A DNA stretch of 62,977 nt, the filler included, from Octopus bimaculoides (lineage: Eukaryota), in the NCBI RefSeq assembly GCF_001194135.2. It is 6 parts of 5 records of this genome, joined end to end, with 100 filler letters (N's around TTAATTAATTAA, not from the genome) between each part and the next. Parts side by side here need not be neighbours in the genome. Positions count along the whole stretch, not along the records: positions 1 to 30,315 come from NC_068994.1; 5 more parts are not named here. One strand, given 5' to 3'. Positions 1 through 13,869 of the stretch are shown one piece after another. Each line of letters starts with the position of its first letter. Positions within the stretch are counted from its first letter, which is position 1. The notes beneath the pieces are model-generated. The model was not told where the DNA came from, searched no databases, and saw only the letters and a list, made by a program, of their open reading frames with translations. The position numbers and the translations under genes were made by a program.

Positions 1-181
1 ATATATATATATATATATATATATATAGATACATACTCACATAAATAAATATATATATAATTAGATATGCATATACTTATGTATATATATATAAACAAAT
101 GCATATATGTGTATATTTATATGCATGTATATATAAATACCTATTAATTCTATCTATATACATACTTACATGCATACATAC

Positions 182-212
<31 letters not shown>

Positions 213-852
213 TGTATGTATGTATGTATGCATTATATACACGTATATAAACACACATACACATATATTTTCTTTAATTATGTAATATATTCATTTATAG
301 AAAAGCTTTCCACGCAGATAATGCATTCCCAGATTCATGGACAAAAAAAAAAAGAAAAGAAATTAAAGAGAGAAAGAAAGACAGGAAGAAGAATTAAAAC
401 AAAACAATCCTAAAAGTTAAACATGTACACATTTCTATAGCCACAATATATACTGTGTAATAGTTACATACACACAATTCATACATAAATATTTGAATGA
501 GATATTTCTCTAAAATCTGGCAATCTTATTGTTCCTGCTGCTAAATTTTTAGTAAAATACATTAAAAAAATAAAAGGAAGAAATGAAGGAAGAAAGTTTT
601 GAGATAATTTTGACCATTGTTCAGAATTTCCTCCCTCTGGTAAAATTCTGTAATGATTCTAGCATCTTGAATTGTATTGTAAGATTGAACATTGGACAAA
701 GCTAGATATCACTCTGTAAATTCACCCTGATATTACCTGATATGCACACAGAGACAGACATACATATGAACGTGTAAATATAAATATTTGCATATATATA
801 GATTTATATATGACATTATATATATATACATACATAGATTTATTTATGACAT

Positions 853-884
<32 letters not shown>

Positions 885-1833
885 CATATATACATATATA
901 CATATATATATGTATATACATATATATANNNNNNNNNNNNNNNNNNNNNNNNNNNNNNNNNNNNNNNNNNNNNNNNNNNNNNNNNNNNNNNNNNNNNNNN
1001 NNNNNNNNNNNNNNNNNNNNNNNNNNNNNNNATCTTATATATATTTGAGTGTGTCTATTTACAATCTATCTCTCACACACACAGTTTTTGGGATGTGTGT
1101 GTAAGAGAACATGCGTGTGTATGCATGTATGTATTTAATACATAGATGCATATAGATATATATATATACATACACATACAACCATATGCACTTTATATAT
1201 ATATGTACATATACATATAAATGTGTTTGTATACATATATGTGTGTGATTGTACTGACAAATGAATGTATAAAGATATATATACAAAATATAATATAGAT
1301 ATTTGTTTGTGTGTGTGTTTGTATGTGCGTGCCTATTTATATATATATATAAATATATATATATAATTTGTATGCATATACATATATATATATATACACA
1401 CGCAGAAGCACGCACACACACACATACATACATACATAGCATACATACACACATTCACACAATAAAATAGAATAAGATATCCTGCATCTATTTTGTTGAA
1501 AAACAGCATTTTTATATCCTTGTAACCATTAAATGAAAATGTTTAAAATGGTGTAAAATATTTCTTGCTTGTTCTCTCCCCCCACCACACACACACACAC
1601 ACACACACACACCATCTTCCTCCCTTTGTTAACATTTTGCAAAAGTAACATAATTCTTACAAAAATTTTCTTATCATCTTTTTCTTGTTTTTCTTAGTAC
1701 AACAGTTTTTTTAATATCCATTTTGCTTGCTTTTTTTTGTTTTTGTATTGTTTTTCTTGTGTTTGTAATATTGTTTGTTAAGTTTACCTGTACATGTTTT
1801 GTTTATAAATATGGTGGGTTTTTTTTTTTCTTT

Positions 1834-2141
1834 TCAAGAATATGAGATCTTTGGTACTGCTGGTAATGGTTTGTTGTAGGTCATAAAACAATCCCTCATC
1901 GGTAGATTCCAAGTCTCTGACGGTACTGTAGTAATATTGCTGTTATTGGTTGTGGTATTGTTGGTTGCACTGCTTACTCTAAATGACTTTAGGTCAATGA
2001 CATCGTTTGAGGGTGTGTTCTGGCCACTGTCTGATAGGTAGCTGTCCTTGCTACTAGTAGTACATTTTACTTTGCCAAGTGTCTGTGATAAGGACTTTAA
2101 ATCTCCACATTTTAATTCTTTTAACTGAGATGATTTAAGAC
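1834..2141 (-). CDS. Terminal coding exon of minus-strand gene A (GLKSSQLKELKCGDLKSLSQTLGK...MTYNKPLPAVPKISYS*)
   Basis: Acceptor ttttcatag at 2142-2150; open frame of 101 codons ending in TGA at 1836-1834; phase 1 start matches the phase 1 end of the 2308-2455 exon. Confidence 0.75.
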
Positions 2142-2307
2142 CTATGAAAATTAGAACACAGAAAAAAAAAAGATGTCCATTAATATGAAGTCATCCAAAG
2201 AAACATAAATAGGGATATTTTTTTAAATAGTTTATTTTTTTGGTCAAATTCCATCAATATCAAGTTTTATCATTAAATTTTCCATTCAAAACTGGTGTTA
2301 TTTTTAC

Positions 2308-2455
2308 CTGATAATTCTTCATAGTGTCCATTGTTTCTTTCAAGACAATTTTGACCATTGTTAATATGAGAAAATACTGTAAGCATTTCTTTGCAATGGT
2401 CAGGTGCCATAATCACACAGTCCTCTAACTTGTTAACACCAGATGTCATTGTGGC
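2308..2455 (-). CDS. Internal exon of gene A (ATMTSGVNKLEDCVIMAPDHCKEMLTVFSHINNGQNCLERNNGHYEELS)
   Basis: Acceptor tcttcag and donor CAG|gtaaaa; 148 nt = 49 codons + 1; fully open and splices in frame to the terminal exon across a 166-nt intron. Confidence 0.75.
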
Positions 2456-3659
2456 CTGAAGATTTTTTAAAAAGAAATCAGTAAGTTAGGAAAAAAACAT
2501 TTCTTTAAAAAAAATTCAAGACGGAAAACACTGAAAATCAAATTAATAAAATAGAGAAACAAGGAATAAAATTTCTGAACAGATAGGTGTTTTTAGATTG
2601 TAAAATGCTCTATGTATACCTATATATACATTAGTCCTTCTTAGGAAGGTCTTTCAGTCAAAATCAGCAGAGAATCACTAGATCAGTTATCTAGCTATAG
2701 TCATTTTACATTGGCTTAAAATTTAGAACTCAAAACATATGAATTCCTGAGGATTTTGAGAGATATTTAACTGGTTGGATGAGTAAGTAGTTATTTAGTT
2801 TCAGGTCAGTTGTTATTGAGCAAACTAATGCTAATCAATGACATTTAAAACACAACCTCATCTTTATGTAGAATAAACGTTGTATACAGGCCAATTACTT
2901 ATTTAAGATGACCCACAGTAACTTACTCTTTATCCTGCTTTTGCACAGTTATAGGGCATAAATAAAATCACGTGATTTATAATTTTTGGTAAACCTTATG
3001 CAATGCCACCATCCTAAGTGACAAACAGCCAAGGTCATATTTTTATGAAGGTATGATACTTTCATGTTATTTCTATCTTTCATATTTTCTGCACTGTTTA
3101 TAAAAGGATTTAGCTATACAAATGTCTTTCTTGCTGCTTCTATTTCACATTCTACTTTTCTACATTGTAACAATAATTTCTTTCTTTTTTTTTCTTTTAA
3201 TTTTATCATTGAATGACCATTCTATCATTACCAATTCAATCCTGAAAGACTGAAAATACTTTCAGTTAATATGAGACAAGTGGAGGTTACACTCTTTGTT
3301 TGGGGCCATACCACCATGGTTATAGAAATGTTGGAAATCAAGACTACGGAACACTTAAAGCTTGCAGCTAAATTAGAATCAAACAACACTCATTTTCTAA
3401 GATACTATTCAACTTCACCATATTATCTATCCTTTTGTTATGAGAATTCTGTGAAAATAATAATTGATGGCTTCAGTAGAAAGCTGCTTGGACAAGTGCC
3501 AAGGCTTTATCAACCTAGGTCAGAATGCCTGGATGAGGTTAAGTGTTGTAAGACCCCCAAACACCCAGTGATTCCACTATACAACACTGACAATATATCT
3601 ACCCATTACATCTGTAGATGTAAGTTGAACTATCTAGCCATCTATAGACAGACAGACAT

Positions 3660-3880
3660 CAAATCATCATCATTATCATTCAACATTTGTCTTCCATGCT
3701 GCTTAGTCAGGCAGTTTGACAGGATCAAATGAGCCAAAGGACTGCATCAAGTTCCAGTGTCTTCTCTGGCATGTCTTTTACACCTGGATGCCCTTCATAA
3801 TGCCAATCACTTAACAAAGTGTACTGGGTGCATTTTTTCGTGACACCAGCACTAGTGAGGTCGCCAAGTAACATGCACAA
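3660..3880 (-). mobile_element. 3' tail of an RTE-related retroposon
   Basis: ggatgcccttcataatgccaatcac...gtactgggtgc motif shared with copies at 9865-10165 and 40868-41320; (TCA)n tail on the left. Confidence 0.6.
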
Positions 3881-4629
3881 GAAAGAAAGAAACAAACAAA
3901 CAAAGAAACAAACAAGCAAACAAAGAACAAAAGTAAGTTGGAGTGCTGATAGCTGATATGAGAAAGTATTGACATCGATAGCAGATGTGAAAGGGTGTCT
4001 AAGGATAAGGTACAACAGTCATAAGATGTAGCTTAGATGAGAGCAAGATATAACTGGAAGAAGAAAACTAGTGGTCAGTGGAAGGTAAAATAAGAAGAGA
4101 TGATAATGAGAATAGGGGATAGATGTTAAAGGAAGCACTTTGAGGGTGGGGAGAAGACAACTACTAGCACAAAGGGGATAAAATATGTGTAGATTCTGCT
4201 GCCATATGATTACAGCAGGTGAATAGTGTGGCATTGTTAGGAGAGTGATGGGTGGAGTGAGTGTTAGACAGACGAGAGGTGAGAGATTTGGTGCAGAGGC
4301 AGGGCCTATTGCATGTATATACATGTGTGTGTGTGTGCGCGCACGCACATTTACATGTGTACATCATAATTTCCTGTGTATAAGACATACGATTTCTATA
4401 TTTAAATGTATCAAAATATTTCCCAGCATCTCATATCTAGAAAGTTCTCTAAAGGTAAGTAGATAGTTTCTGTTACATAGGTAACCTAACAAGTAGTGGA
4501 AGACAATGTCTTGAAATGAAAGTATCGTTGCTAGAATAAGAACAAGATGGAGAAAGTTAAGAGAGTTATTACTTTTGTTGTTGACAAATGGTCTCCCTCT
4601 TTCTTTCTCACTCTCTCTCTCTCTTTGAG

Positions 4630-4850
4630 TGAAAGGCAGATTGTACAATGTTGTGTACAAACAGCAATGCTACATGGCAGTGAGACATGGGCCCTGAATG
4701 CAGAGGACATGCTATGACAAGAAAGGAATGACACTTGTATGCTCTGATGGATGTACAACATCAGTGTGCATATGCTACAAAGGGAAAATGTATTGAGAGA
4801 AGAATTGTGTATAAAAGGAATCAGCTGTAATTTGCTAGTGAGAGAACCAT
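4630..4850 (+). mobile_element. RTE-clade LINE fragment, post-RT region
   Basis: Frameshifted translation ...VQTAMLHGSETWALNAEDML...ERNDTCML*WMYNISVH..., typical of the RTE C-terminal LYGSETW region. Confidence 0.7.
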
Positions 4851-4979
4851 GCTACAGGTTTATTATACTGCTGCTGCCATCCTTCCTGTACTGCAACTTA
4901 ATACCTCTTTCTTGAGCCATTTGTTATCCCCTTATAGGAATATTTACCTTCACCCTTATACATTATACATGTGTGTATA

Positions 4980-5097
<118 letters not shown>

Positions 5098-5402
5098 TAG
5101 ATATGCGTATATATATCTTATATATGCATGTACATATATATGTATATATAGACGATAAGGAAATGGAGGAAAAACAAAAAATAGAAGTGTATCTTTGGTG
5201 CTAAAAATTCAAAATACACTTCTATTTGTAGTTTTTCTTCTATTTTCTTATCGTCTATATACACATTAAACTACGGTTTACCTTTCTAAATTACCTGCTG
5301 CCACATACCTTATATTAAGGACCATACTTACTGAGTTAATTACCTGGTGTGCCTCTGGATACTTCTATCCCTTAGAGGGCTTAACACCTCTAACTTATAC
5401 CA

Positions 5403-5477
<75 letters not shown>

Positions 5478-6113
5478 GCATATATATATATGTGTATATA
5501 TATGCATATATATATTTATATATATATATACACACACACACATACATCTACACACACACACACATATATAAACAGAAATCTTACTCTACAGCATGTATTG
5601 GATATGTCTTCCTCTTCCAGAAAGAAAGAGAGGAGAAAAAGCAGTGTGTGTGCGTGTGAAAATATATATTGAGAAAAGATACAATGTATGAGTATATGTC
5701 CACAACAGATTATTTTATCAACACATTTTTGTGTGCAAAACCAATAGTTGATGGACACCATACTATATTACTAATGTATAATGAAGGAAAGTGAAACATC
5801 CAGCTTTAATAGTCATAGTGTGATTAGGTAAGCATGTACAATGTAGTTAGCATAAAGGAGTATGGCTGGAGTTGAAAGACACATACAAAATTTGTAGTTG
5901 ACAATTGTGTTGGTAGGTGGACTTATGTAGTTAAAGCACCATAGTGTTGGTTGGTAGACAAATATGGTGTTGTTTGTAAACAGTGGTCATGTTGGCAGAC
6001 CCGAACTATTATTGCTAATATTTAAGAAAAGAGAGAGGGATATGAATAAAAATGTTATGAGGTACAACATCATATATGTCTATTTATCTATCCATTTATC
6101 TATCTATCTGTCT

Positions 6114-6156
<43 letters not shown>

Positions 6157-6181
6157 CCTATATATATACATATATATAAAT

Positions 6182-6241
<60 letters not shown>

Positions 6242-6314
6242 CGGTGCTCCAGCATGGCCACAGTCAAATGACTGAAACAAGTAAAAGAGTAAAAGAGTAT
6301 ATATCACTGGATGT

Positions 6315-6640
6315 CATTGCATAGTACCAGAGACCCTGACATCTCTGTCCAATGTAAGAACACTATATATAACTACAGACTAGGATTCAAAAGACCACAA
6401 CTTTTCAATATCTGACCAAATGGTCTCAGAGATCTACAAGGTGTAGATGTGGAAGTGTTCAAACAATGATTGGAAAAATTTTAATCCAATATACCAGATG
6501 AACCTACATCATGGCAAAAACTGCAAAGAAGGACAGCACTGTCCAGCTCACAACTTCATCAGGACTGATTCAGGGGACAGGACAAGAAAGTGAATAAACA
6601 TGCATTAGTGCTAATGATGGTGCCCCAGTATGGCCATGGC
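6315..6640 (+). mobile_element. CR1/L2-like LINE 3' end fragment
   Basis: One frame reads NYRLGFKRPQLFNI*PNGLRDLQGVDVEVFKQ*LEKF*SNIPDEPT, the GPxLFNxLP...FKxxLDxFLxxIPDEP C-terminal signature, with three in-frame stops. Confidence 0.6.
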
Positions 6641-7094
6641 CTCTGACAGAAACTGATGATAGAAAGTACACACACACGACACACACACACACACACATGC
6701 ACACGCACGCATGCATGTATGTATGTATATATGTATGTATGTAGTGCCATCACTCTCCCTTTCTTCCATTACACCCTCTTCTATCAATCATTACTAAAAC
6801 CTGTGACTATCCCTCAATGTCTTGCATGAAAGTGCATGCCCTTGACCTTCTACCTTCTGTTAACTTTTTCCTACTACATTGTACCTTGGGTTCTGCCATT
6901 CACCTGATGTTGATATTTTACAAAACAGTTGTGTGTATATATTGAGCACCTGACACTACACTTTGTATCTTGCTAAACACTGAAGAGGTGTTCAATAAGA
7001 TTATATAATTTTCAGCAAACAATTGTGTAATCCTGCTGGTTAATTTACTGAAACACATAGCTTTCACAAAGCACAAAACACCAAATACGTTTTT

Positions 7095-7128
<34 letters not shown>

Positions 7129-7171
7129 CATACATATATATATATACATATATACACACACAAACACATAC

Positions 7172-7220
<49 letters not shown>

Positions 7221-7572
7221 NNNNNNNNNNNNNNNNNNNNNNNNNNNNNNNNNNNNNNNNNNNNNNNNNNNNNNNNNNNNNNNNNNNNNNNNNNNNNNNN
7301 NNNNNNNNNNNNNNNNNNNNNNNNNNNNNNNNNNNNNNNNNNNNNNNNNNNNNNNNNNNNNNNNNNNNNNNNNNNNNNNNNNNNNNNNNNNNNNNNNNNN
7401 NNNNNNNNNNNNNNNNNNNNNNNNNNNNNNNNNNNNNNNNNNNNNNNNNNNNNNNNNNNNNNNNNNNNNNNNNNNNNNNNNNNNNNNNNNNNNNNNNNNN
7501 NNNNNNNNNNNNNNNNNNNNNNNNNNNNNNNNNNNNNNNNNNNNNNNNNNNNNNNNNNNNNNNNNNNNNNNN

Positions 7573-7615
<43 letters not shown>

Positions 7616-7972
7616 CATATAATATGTTTACATGTGTGTTGGTGTAGATATGTATGCATGTGTTTGAGTGTGTGTTTTCTTATAGGAAATGCTGAAACTA
7701 ATGCTACATCATTTCAATGATAAAATAAATACAAGTTGTTTATATTTATTACTAACAAAAAGTAAATAAAAAAAACAATCTGAAACCATAAACAAAATAG
7801 TAGACAATAAAAGATAACAACATCAATGATGGTGATGATGATGGTGATGATGATGATGATGACGATGACGATGACTATGATGATGATGATGACGATGAAA
7901 CCTTATATATATATATATGATTGTATTGTTGAAATATATTTTTTTCATTATCAGCAATTTCCCCTTAATTAC

Positions 7973-8024
7973 TCGAAGACAATAGTTTGGTCCTGCAGCA
8001 CTCTTCTGATATAGCATTTTCAGA
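7973..8024 (-). CDS. Candidate internal exon of gene A (S-LKMLYQKSAAGPNYCLR)
   Basis: tttcag acceptor, CGA|gtaatt donor; 52 nt, phase 2 to 0, compatible with both neighbours; keeps a CpG in a CpG-poor zone. Confidence 0.5.
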
Positions 8025-8720
8025 CTGAAATTACTTCATTCACACAACAAATTCTATGTGACTGGACTTATTTTATCATCTTGTGTCTGTTATAACATTG
8101 CGACACATTGTTATTTTTTCCCTCCCAATTATATCTCTTATACACAGAAACATCACCGGTTGTTTAGAGCACTTACGTTATGTTATGGGTTTTTTTATGT
8201 GTTTATGTAATTATTTATTTGTATATTTTTTCTTCTTCTAAGTCTCCATTTATTGATAAAAGTTATCATACATACACACATACACACAAATGCAAACACA
8301 TACCAATTCCAAGAGTATGATTTTGGCTTAGAGGAAACATTTCTTCGTTTTGTTTTGTTCTGTTTTTTTATATTGTTATTTTTGTTTTATTCTTACTTTT
8401 TGTTTATTTAGTTTCTTTTATCAACATGGTCTTTTGTAAAATAGCTTTGCCCTGGCTGGATATTTTTTAATTTCTACAAAATTACTATAGTTTATATTGC
8501 CAACAGGCTAAAATCCATTATATCAGCTAAGAAAAAGAATTTTTATCATGGTCACTTTTAATATTTCCTTTTTGCAATTATTAGAAAACGCTGAAAGAAT
8601 TTTTATCAGAATCTTTTGAGAGGTTTGAAAACAAAAAAATTGGGTGAGAAAAAAAATGAAAGAAAAACCCATCAGTTTCAAAAAACTGATGATTCTGTTA
8701 ACATTTGACATTGCATGAAC

Positions 8721-8779
8721 CTTATTTCCAAGAGCTGATTTATCTCCATTATAAATTGCTCTCGGCAATCCTCAAATTC
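8721..8779 (-). CDS. Candidate internal exon of gene A (EFEDCREQFIMEINQLLEI)
   Basis: tttgaaag acceptor, AAG|gttcat donor; 59 nt, phase 0 to 2; helical-looking peptide; retained CpG. Confidence 0.5.
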
Positions 8780-9864
8780 CTTTCAAATACACAATTTCTT
8801 GCTTCATCGTGCAATAGCAGACTTAGTAAATACACAAAGTATGTATGCTTAATTGGTTTTTGATGAAGAAACATGTCTCAAAAGTCGGAATTGTTCTTTG
8901 GTGAAAACATTTGAAATATTTATAATTCTTGATGTAACTTTCTTTCTTGTAGCACTTCTTTCATAAATTGTCTTAAAATTTTTAAAACATTATCCTGAAA
9001 AGTGCCAAGATTAAGATTTATTACATTCAACATGTGATTTCTATTATGTATATTTGCCTCAAGTGGTAAGTCATATTACTTTTATTCATAATTGTTCGTC
9101 GTCGTCATTATCATCATCAACATCCTCATTGTTATTGTCATCATCATTTTATGTCCATATGCTAGCTTGAGTTTGACAGTTTGACAAAATCTGATGGGTT
9201 CGAAAGCCACACATAACTTCAATATCTTCAGTTTTAGGCATAGTTTTTATGGTTTGATGCCCTTCTAAACACCAACTACTTTACAGAGTGTATTGGGTAC
9301 ATTTTTTTCATGCCACCAACATTATAGAGCTTGTTTTTGCCCTGTGCAACTCTAAACAGTCCTTTTTCTATCAGTATTGTTTCTGTTTGATCCACCTTTC
9401 AAATATCAACTTTAACTTTGTTTTTCATCCTTTCAGAATTGGTGTAAGAGAAAGTATTAGCCATGTACTGGGGAGCCAATATAATTGACTAACTCCTTTG
9501 ATTAATATCGCTGGCCTTGTGTCTAAATTAGAAATTATTTGAGGGCAGTGGATTGTCAGGCACAGTACCACAGGATATTTGTTTTAGCACTTAATGCTCT
9601 GAGTTCAAATCCCATAGCAGTTAAACTTTGCCTTTCATCACTCCTATAAGTAAAAATGGGTTTGCACAGAGTCAACATTCCTACCAAGAAAAAAGCAGAG
9701 TATCAATGGCAATTCAAAATGAACCAGACCTGGGAGAGGTGCAGACAGCATAGAATTGAGAACAGAGGGAAGGGCTTACATAAGTAAGTCAAAGATGCTG
9801 CAGCCTTAACCATTCTCTTTTTCTTTTACAGATATATTATACCTAGAAATACATCCTCCTCCTC

Positions 9865-10165
9865 CTCCTCATCATCATCATCATTTTACATCCTTTTTCC
9901 ATGCTGGAATGGGTTGGATGGTTTGACTGGAAACTGGTAAACTGCACCAGGTTACAATCTGATTTGGAATGGTTTCTACAGCTGGATGCCCTTCCTAATA
10001 CCAACCACTCCAAGAGTGTATGGGTGCTTTTTACATGACAGTTACAAAACTATGTCATCAGCCATGACTGCAATTTCGCTTGGCTTGACAGGTCTTCTCA
10101 AGCACAGCATATTGCCAAAGGTCTTGGTCACTTGTCACTGCCTCCGTGAGACCCATTACATTATT
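9865..10165 (-). mobile_element. 3' tail of an RTE-related retroposon
   Basis: Reverse complement of the 41050-41320 type sequence; begins with a (TCA)n tail. Confidence 0.7.
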
Positions 10166-11649
10166 TAACATCTCTTCTCCAGTATTTTAAAGACAGTATT
10201 GTGTAATTTGAGGATAATTTGGCAGCTATTTCTAGCAGGTCAATGAAGTGTGTAGAAGCTTCCAACTTGGTGTGAAAATGGTACAGCTCATTGGCACCTA
10301 GAGGTTAACGCCAAAGTTAAATTTTATCAAGAAGAATGGAGGTGAGTGAAAGTGGTGTGTAAGCAGAAAAATAGAGCACCAAAGCTAAAGGGTCCTTTGG
10401 ACAATGTAACCCTGGAGATATAAAATGTAAGGTTGATCTTGGATGCAATGAATCTGATCAGGGGTCTGCCCAAACAGGATTGATCTGAAGATAAACAACA
10501 ACAACAATACCAGAATTCCATCTAGATTAACATTGCATTTTATCTTTCTGGGAGTTGCTAAGTTATTTGGTGAAGACAATGACTAATGACAGCAAAAACA
10601 ACAGCAACAATAATAATGTGTTAGGGTTTGTGTGATAACAATATCAATAGATATGAATATCATTCAGATGTCTAGTTAAGTTAGAGTCATGCATGTGTGT
10701 ACATGAGCATATGTGGGTTTGTGTGTATGTATGTATGTATTTATTAGGATGTGTGTCTGTATGTATGTAGATTGGAGGTAGGTAAGTATGTAGGTAGTCA
10801 GGTGGTTGGATGAATGGATGGATGGATGGATCAACAGATAAATGTGATGGACAGAAGAATATATATATATATATATATATACANNNNNNNNNNNNNNNNN
10901 NNNNNNNNNNNNNNNNNNNNNNNNNNNNNNNNNNNNNNNNNNNNNNNNNNNNNNNNNNNNNNNNNNNNNNNNNNNNNNNNNNNNNNNNNNNNNNNNNNNN
11001 NNNNNNNNNNNNNNNNNNNNNNNNNNNNNNNNNNNNNNNNNNNNNNNNNNNNNNNNNNNNNNNNNNNNNNNNNNNNNNNNNNNNNNNNNNNNNNNNNNNN
11101 NNNNNNNNNNNNNNNNNNNNNNNNNNNNNNNNNNNNNNNNNNNNNNNNNNNNNNNNNNNNNNNNNNNNNNNNNNNNNNACAAAGTAAAAGGAAAGAAAGA
11201 GAGAGAGAGAGAGAGATGAACAGACACATATCAAAGACAGCAGAGAATGAAATAAATGAGGGAATGAGACAAAGTAAAAGGAAAGAAAGAGAGAGAGAGA
11301 GAGGGGTAGAGTATGCATGTGTATGTGTGTGTGAGTGTATGAAATAAGAAAAGTTCTTAGAAAACAATTTCTTCTAATTGGATGACTGTATTTGAGAAGC
11401 ACATTGGCAAAGTCTTAAAAGATGCAACAACCAATCAGGAAATGATATCTAATGGATGATGTTGGACCAAAGCCATCACAGGAAGCCTCAGAACGACATC
11501 CATCTTCAAGCAATATCCTTTGTAGATTAAGGTGTTTGACGATTGCCATCAATTTGATGTTCCTAGAAAGTAAATGCTTGTCGTAATTTTCTTACATCCT
11601 TTTATCCACTGCCATTAGTGAATGGCGCCGCAAGTGTAATGGAGACATA

Positions 11650-12055
11650 TTTTGAGATCTAGGAGCTAGCCTTGTTAATAAGGTATCAATCTTGAGAACT
11701 GGGCACTACTCAAGCTGTTAAGGTATCACACTATTGAAAGTAAGAGCTACTCTGAATGTAAAGGTATCAGCTGAAGTTAGTCTTGGTGATAAAGGATCAT
11801 ATTTTGAGTTCTGGGGCTACTAGTCAGGAAATGATATTGTAGATAAGATGTCAACTGGGGTTAGCCTAGTTGATAAGGCACCAAATTTTGACACCTAAAG
11901 CTACCCTAGTTGACAGGATAATCCCAGGTTTTGCGAAAGCTTGGATTAGCTTAGTTGGAGTGAGACTTGAAGCAACCCTAGTTGATAAAGTATCAATTAT
12001 AAAAGCTATGGTAAACCTAGTTGGTAAGAAATCAAATCTTCAAACCTGGGGTCAC
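11650..12055. repeat. Degenerate ~40-bp minisatellite in an intron of gene A
   Basis: aggtatca recurs at 11681, 11721 and 11762; ctagttg(a/g) recurs at 11866, 11906, 11978 and 12017. Confidence 0.6.
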
Positions 12056-12081
12056 CCTTTATTATTATTATTATCATTACA

Positions 12082-12462
12082 CCAAGGTCGACTTTGCCTT
12101 TCATCCTTTCGGGGTCAATAAATTAAGTACCAGTTGCATACTAGGGTTGATCTAATCGACTGGCTCCCTCCCACAAAATTTCAGGCCTTGTGCCTGTAGC
12201 ATTATTATTATTATTATTATTATTGTTATTACTATTAATTTCATGGAATTGGCAGAATGATTAATTTGGTGAGATTGGCAGAAACATTAGAGTGCCAGAC
12301 AAAATGCATCTTTACATCCTTTGTTCAAATGTTGCTGAGACTGATTTTTGCATTTCATCCTTTCAGGGTCGGTAAAATAAAGTACCAGTCAAGCACTGGT
12401 GCTGTTGGTTTCAAGGAACTCTTTTTCCTCAAAACTGCTGGCTTTGTGCCGGAACTTGAAAT
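12082..12462 (+). mobile_element. Two adjacent copies of SINE family C (gcctttcatcc...gggtc...taaaataagtaccag core)
   Basis: Core at about 12095 and 12350, each ending in ggc(c/t)ttgtgcc and an (ATT)n tail. Confidence 0.7.
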
Positions 12463-12617
12463 CATTATTATTGTTTTTTTTATGAATATTTTAATGAATA
12501 TTTTACCCTCTAAATTTATCACTGTATAACATTTTCCAACCATTTCCTTGTATGTTTTGTTCTATTAGCTCAGATATATGTTTGCATGAGTAATAATATA
12601 TTTTCCATTTTTATTAC

Positions 12618-12677
12618 CTTCTTTTTATTCTTTATGACTAGAAATATGACACAGGTGAGACCAGAATATCGTCCTGA
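12618..12677 (-). CDS. Possible internal exon of gene A (SGRYSGLTCVIFLVIKNKKK)
   Basis: Donor AAG|gtaata; weak aag acceptor; 60 nt, phase 0 to 0, so it fits the chain but is not required. An alternative ctag acceptor gives a 20-nt exon. Confidence 0.35.
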
Positions 12678-13869
12678 CTTTATGGTGCATAAATTGTATG
12701 GAAATTAATGTTTTTATAAATGTTTGTATAACCACAGGGAAATAACTAAACCAATATACATATACATCATGTCTTTCTCAACTGGTGTGGTGACATTTCC
12801 CAGGAAATATTGGAATAAGCAGTTTTACATCACACTTAAAGCTGATTTTCTTTGCATTTGATACTTAACGATTTTGTATATAGTTCCACTTCTTACTCTT
12901 TTAATTCACTTTTCACCCACTTCACATTCACTAGTAGTTCTAGTAGGTATGTAGGTATTTTAAAAATACCTCACGGGCTAACAACTGTGCCCTACATAGT
13001 TATGGGTTTCCCTCTGGTGAGGTATAGCACTCATCTAGCCACCCTACCAGGGACATGGTGAAGTCATGGGACTGTAGCATGGTAGATTGTGAAGAGGTAG
13101 CAGAAGAGCTCAACTGAGCCACAGTGCTTCTTACATTGATGCTGAGCAAAGGAATCCTAGATGATCAACAGTCACCAATCTCTATCAAGTGAGTAACTGC
13201 AATGCATCTAGAGTTGTGTAACCAGCTAATGAAAGATTCACTATGACTCAAACAATCAATTCAAATCCGTAATGATGGAACTGGCTGGTGACAGTGTCAT
13301 GAGAATCTGTGAAAGCTGCATGACTGAATAAAAAAGTAGTTCTACCAAATTCTCACTCTTGTAGCCTGGTACATTTTTATCAAACCCCAAGAGAATAAAA
13401 GATAGTGTTGACTTCAGTAGAATTTGAACTCACAGTGCAGGAGATGGATTAAATAACACAACGTTTAGTCTTACAGCTGAAATGTGTTTGGTAGCTATTT
13501 TGAGAGTGGAAATGTAATGAGTGTAAATAAAATATCAAAAACTTGTAAAGCAAACCATTTTGTTTCGTCTACCCCTAGTTTTGCTTATGGAACTACAGTC
13601 CTATTTTAACACTATGGGAGTATAATAATAATAATTTTATGAGAATGATTACCACCTATGTAAACATTTCTTTTCAACATAACTTCATTTGATTTTTGTA
13701 AATGAACAATCTGGTATGTTTATTTGAATGGCCTATTAATATATACAATAAGTTTCTTTGCCTAGGTGTTGGGGAGACACTCAGCAAGAAATGGAAACAA
13801 AATTGAAAGAAGAAAAACTAATAATAATAATAATAATGATGATGATGATAATAATAATAATTTCTTTAT

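Noticed and set aside
99-1454. ORFs rich in Y/I/H/T/C/V here and throughout the window
   Set aside because: Translations of (TA)n, (CA)n and (TATG)n microsatellites or N runs; not genes.
2925-3015. Minus-strand segment with ttag acceptor and gtaagt donor
   Set aside because: Stops in all three frames; at most a non-coding or poison exon.
3271-3732. 153-aa plus-strand ORF antisense to gene A
   Set aside because: No recognisable motif, GTG/ATG context unremarkable, and it ends in repeat-derived sequence; likely chance.
10385-10579. Possible gene A exon (SILFGQTPDQIHCIQDQPYILYLQ)
   Set aside because: Good acceptor, but no frame fits the phases of the neighbouring exons without a stop, and there is no convincing donor.
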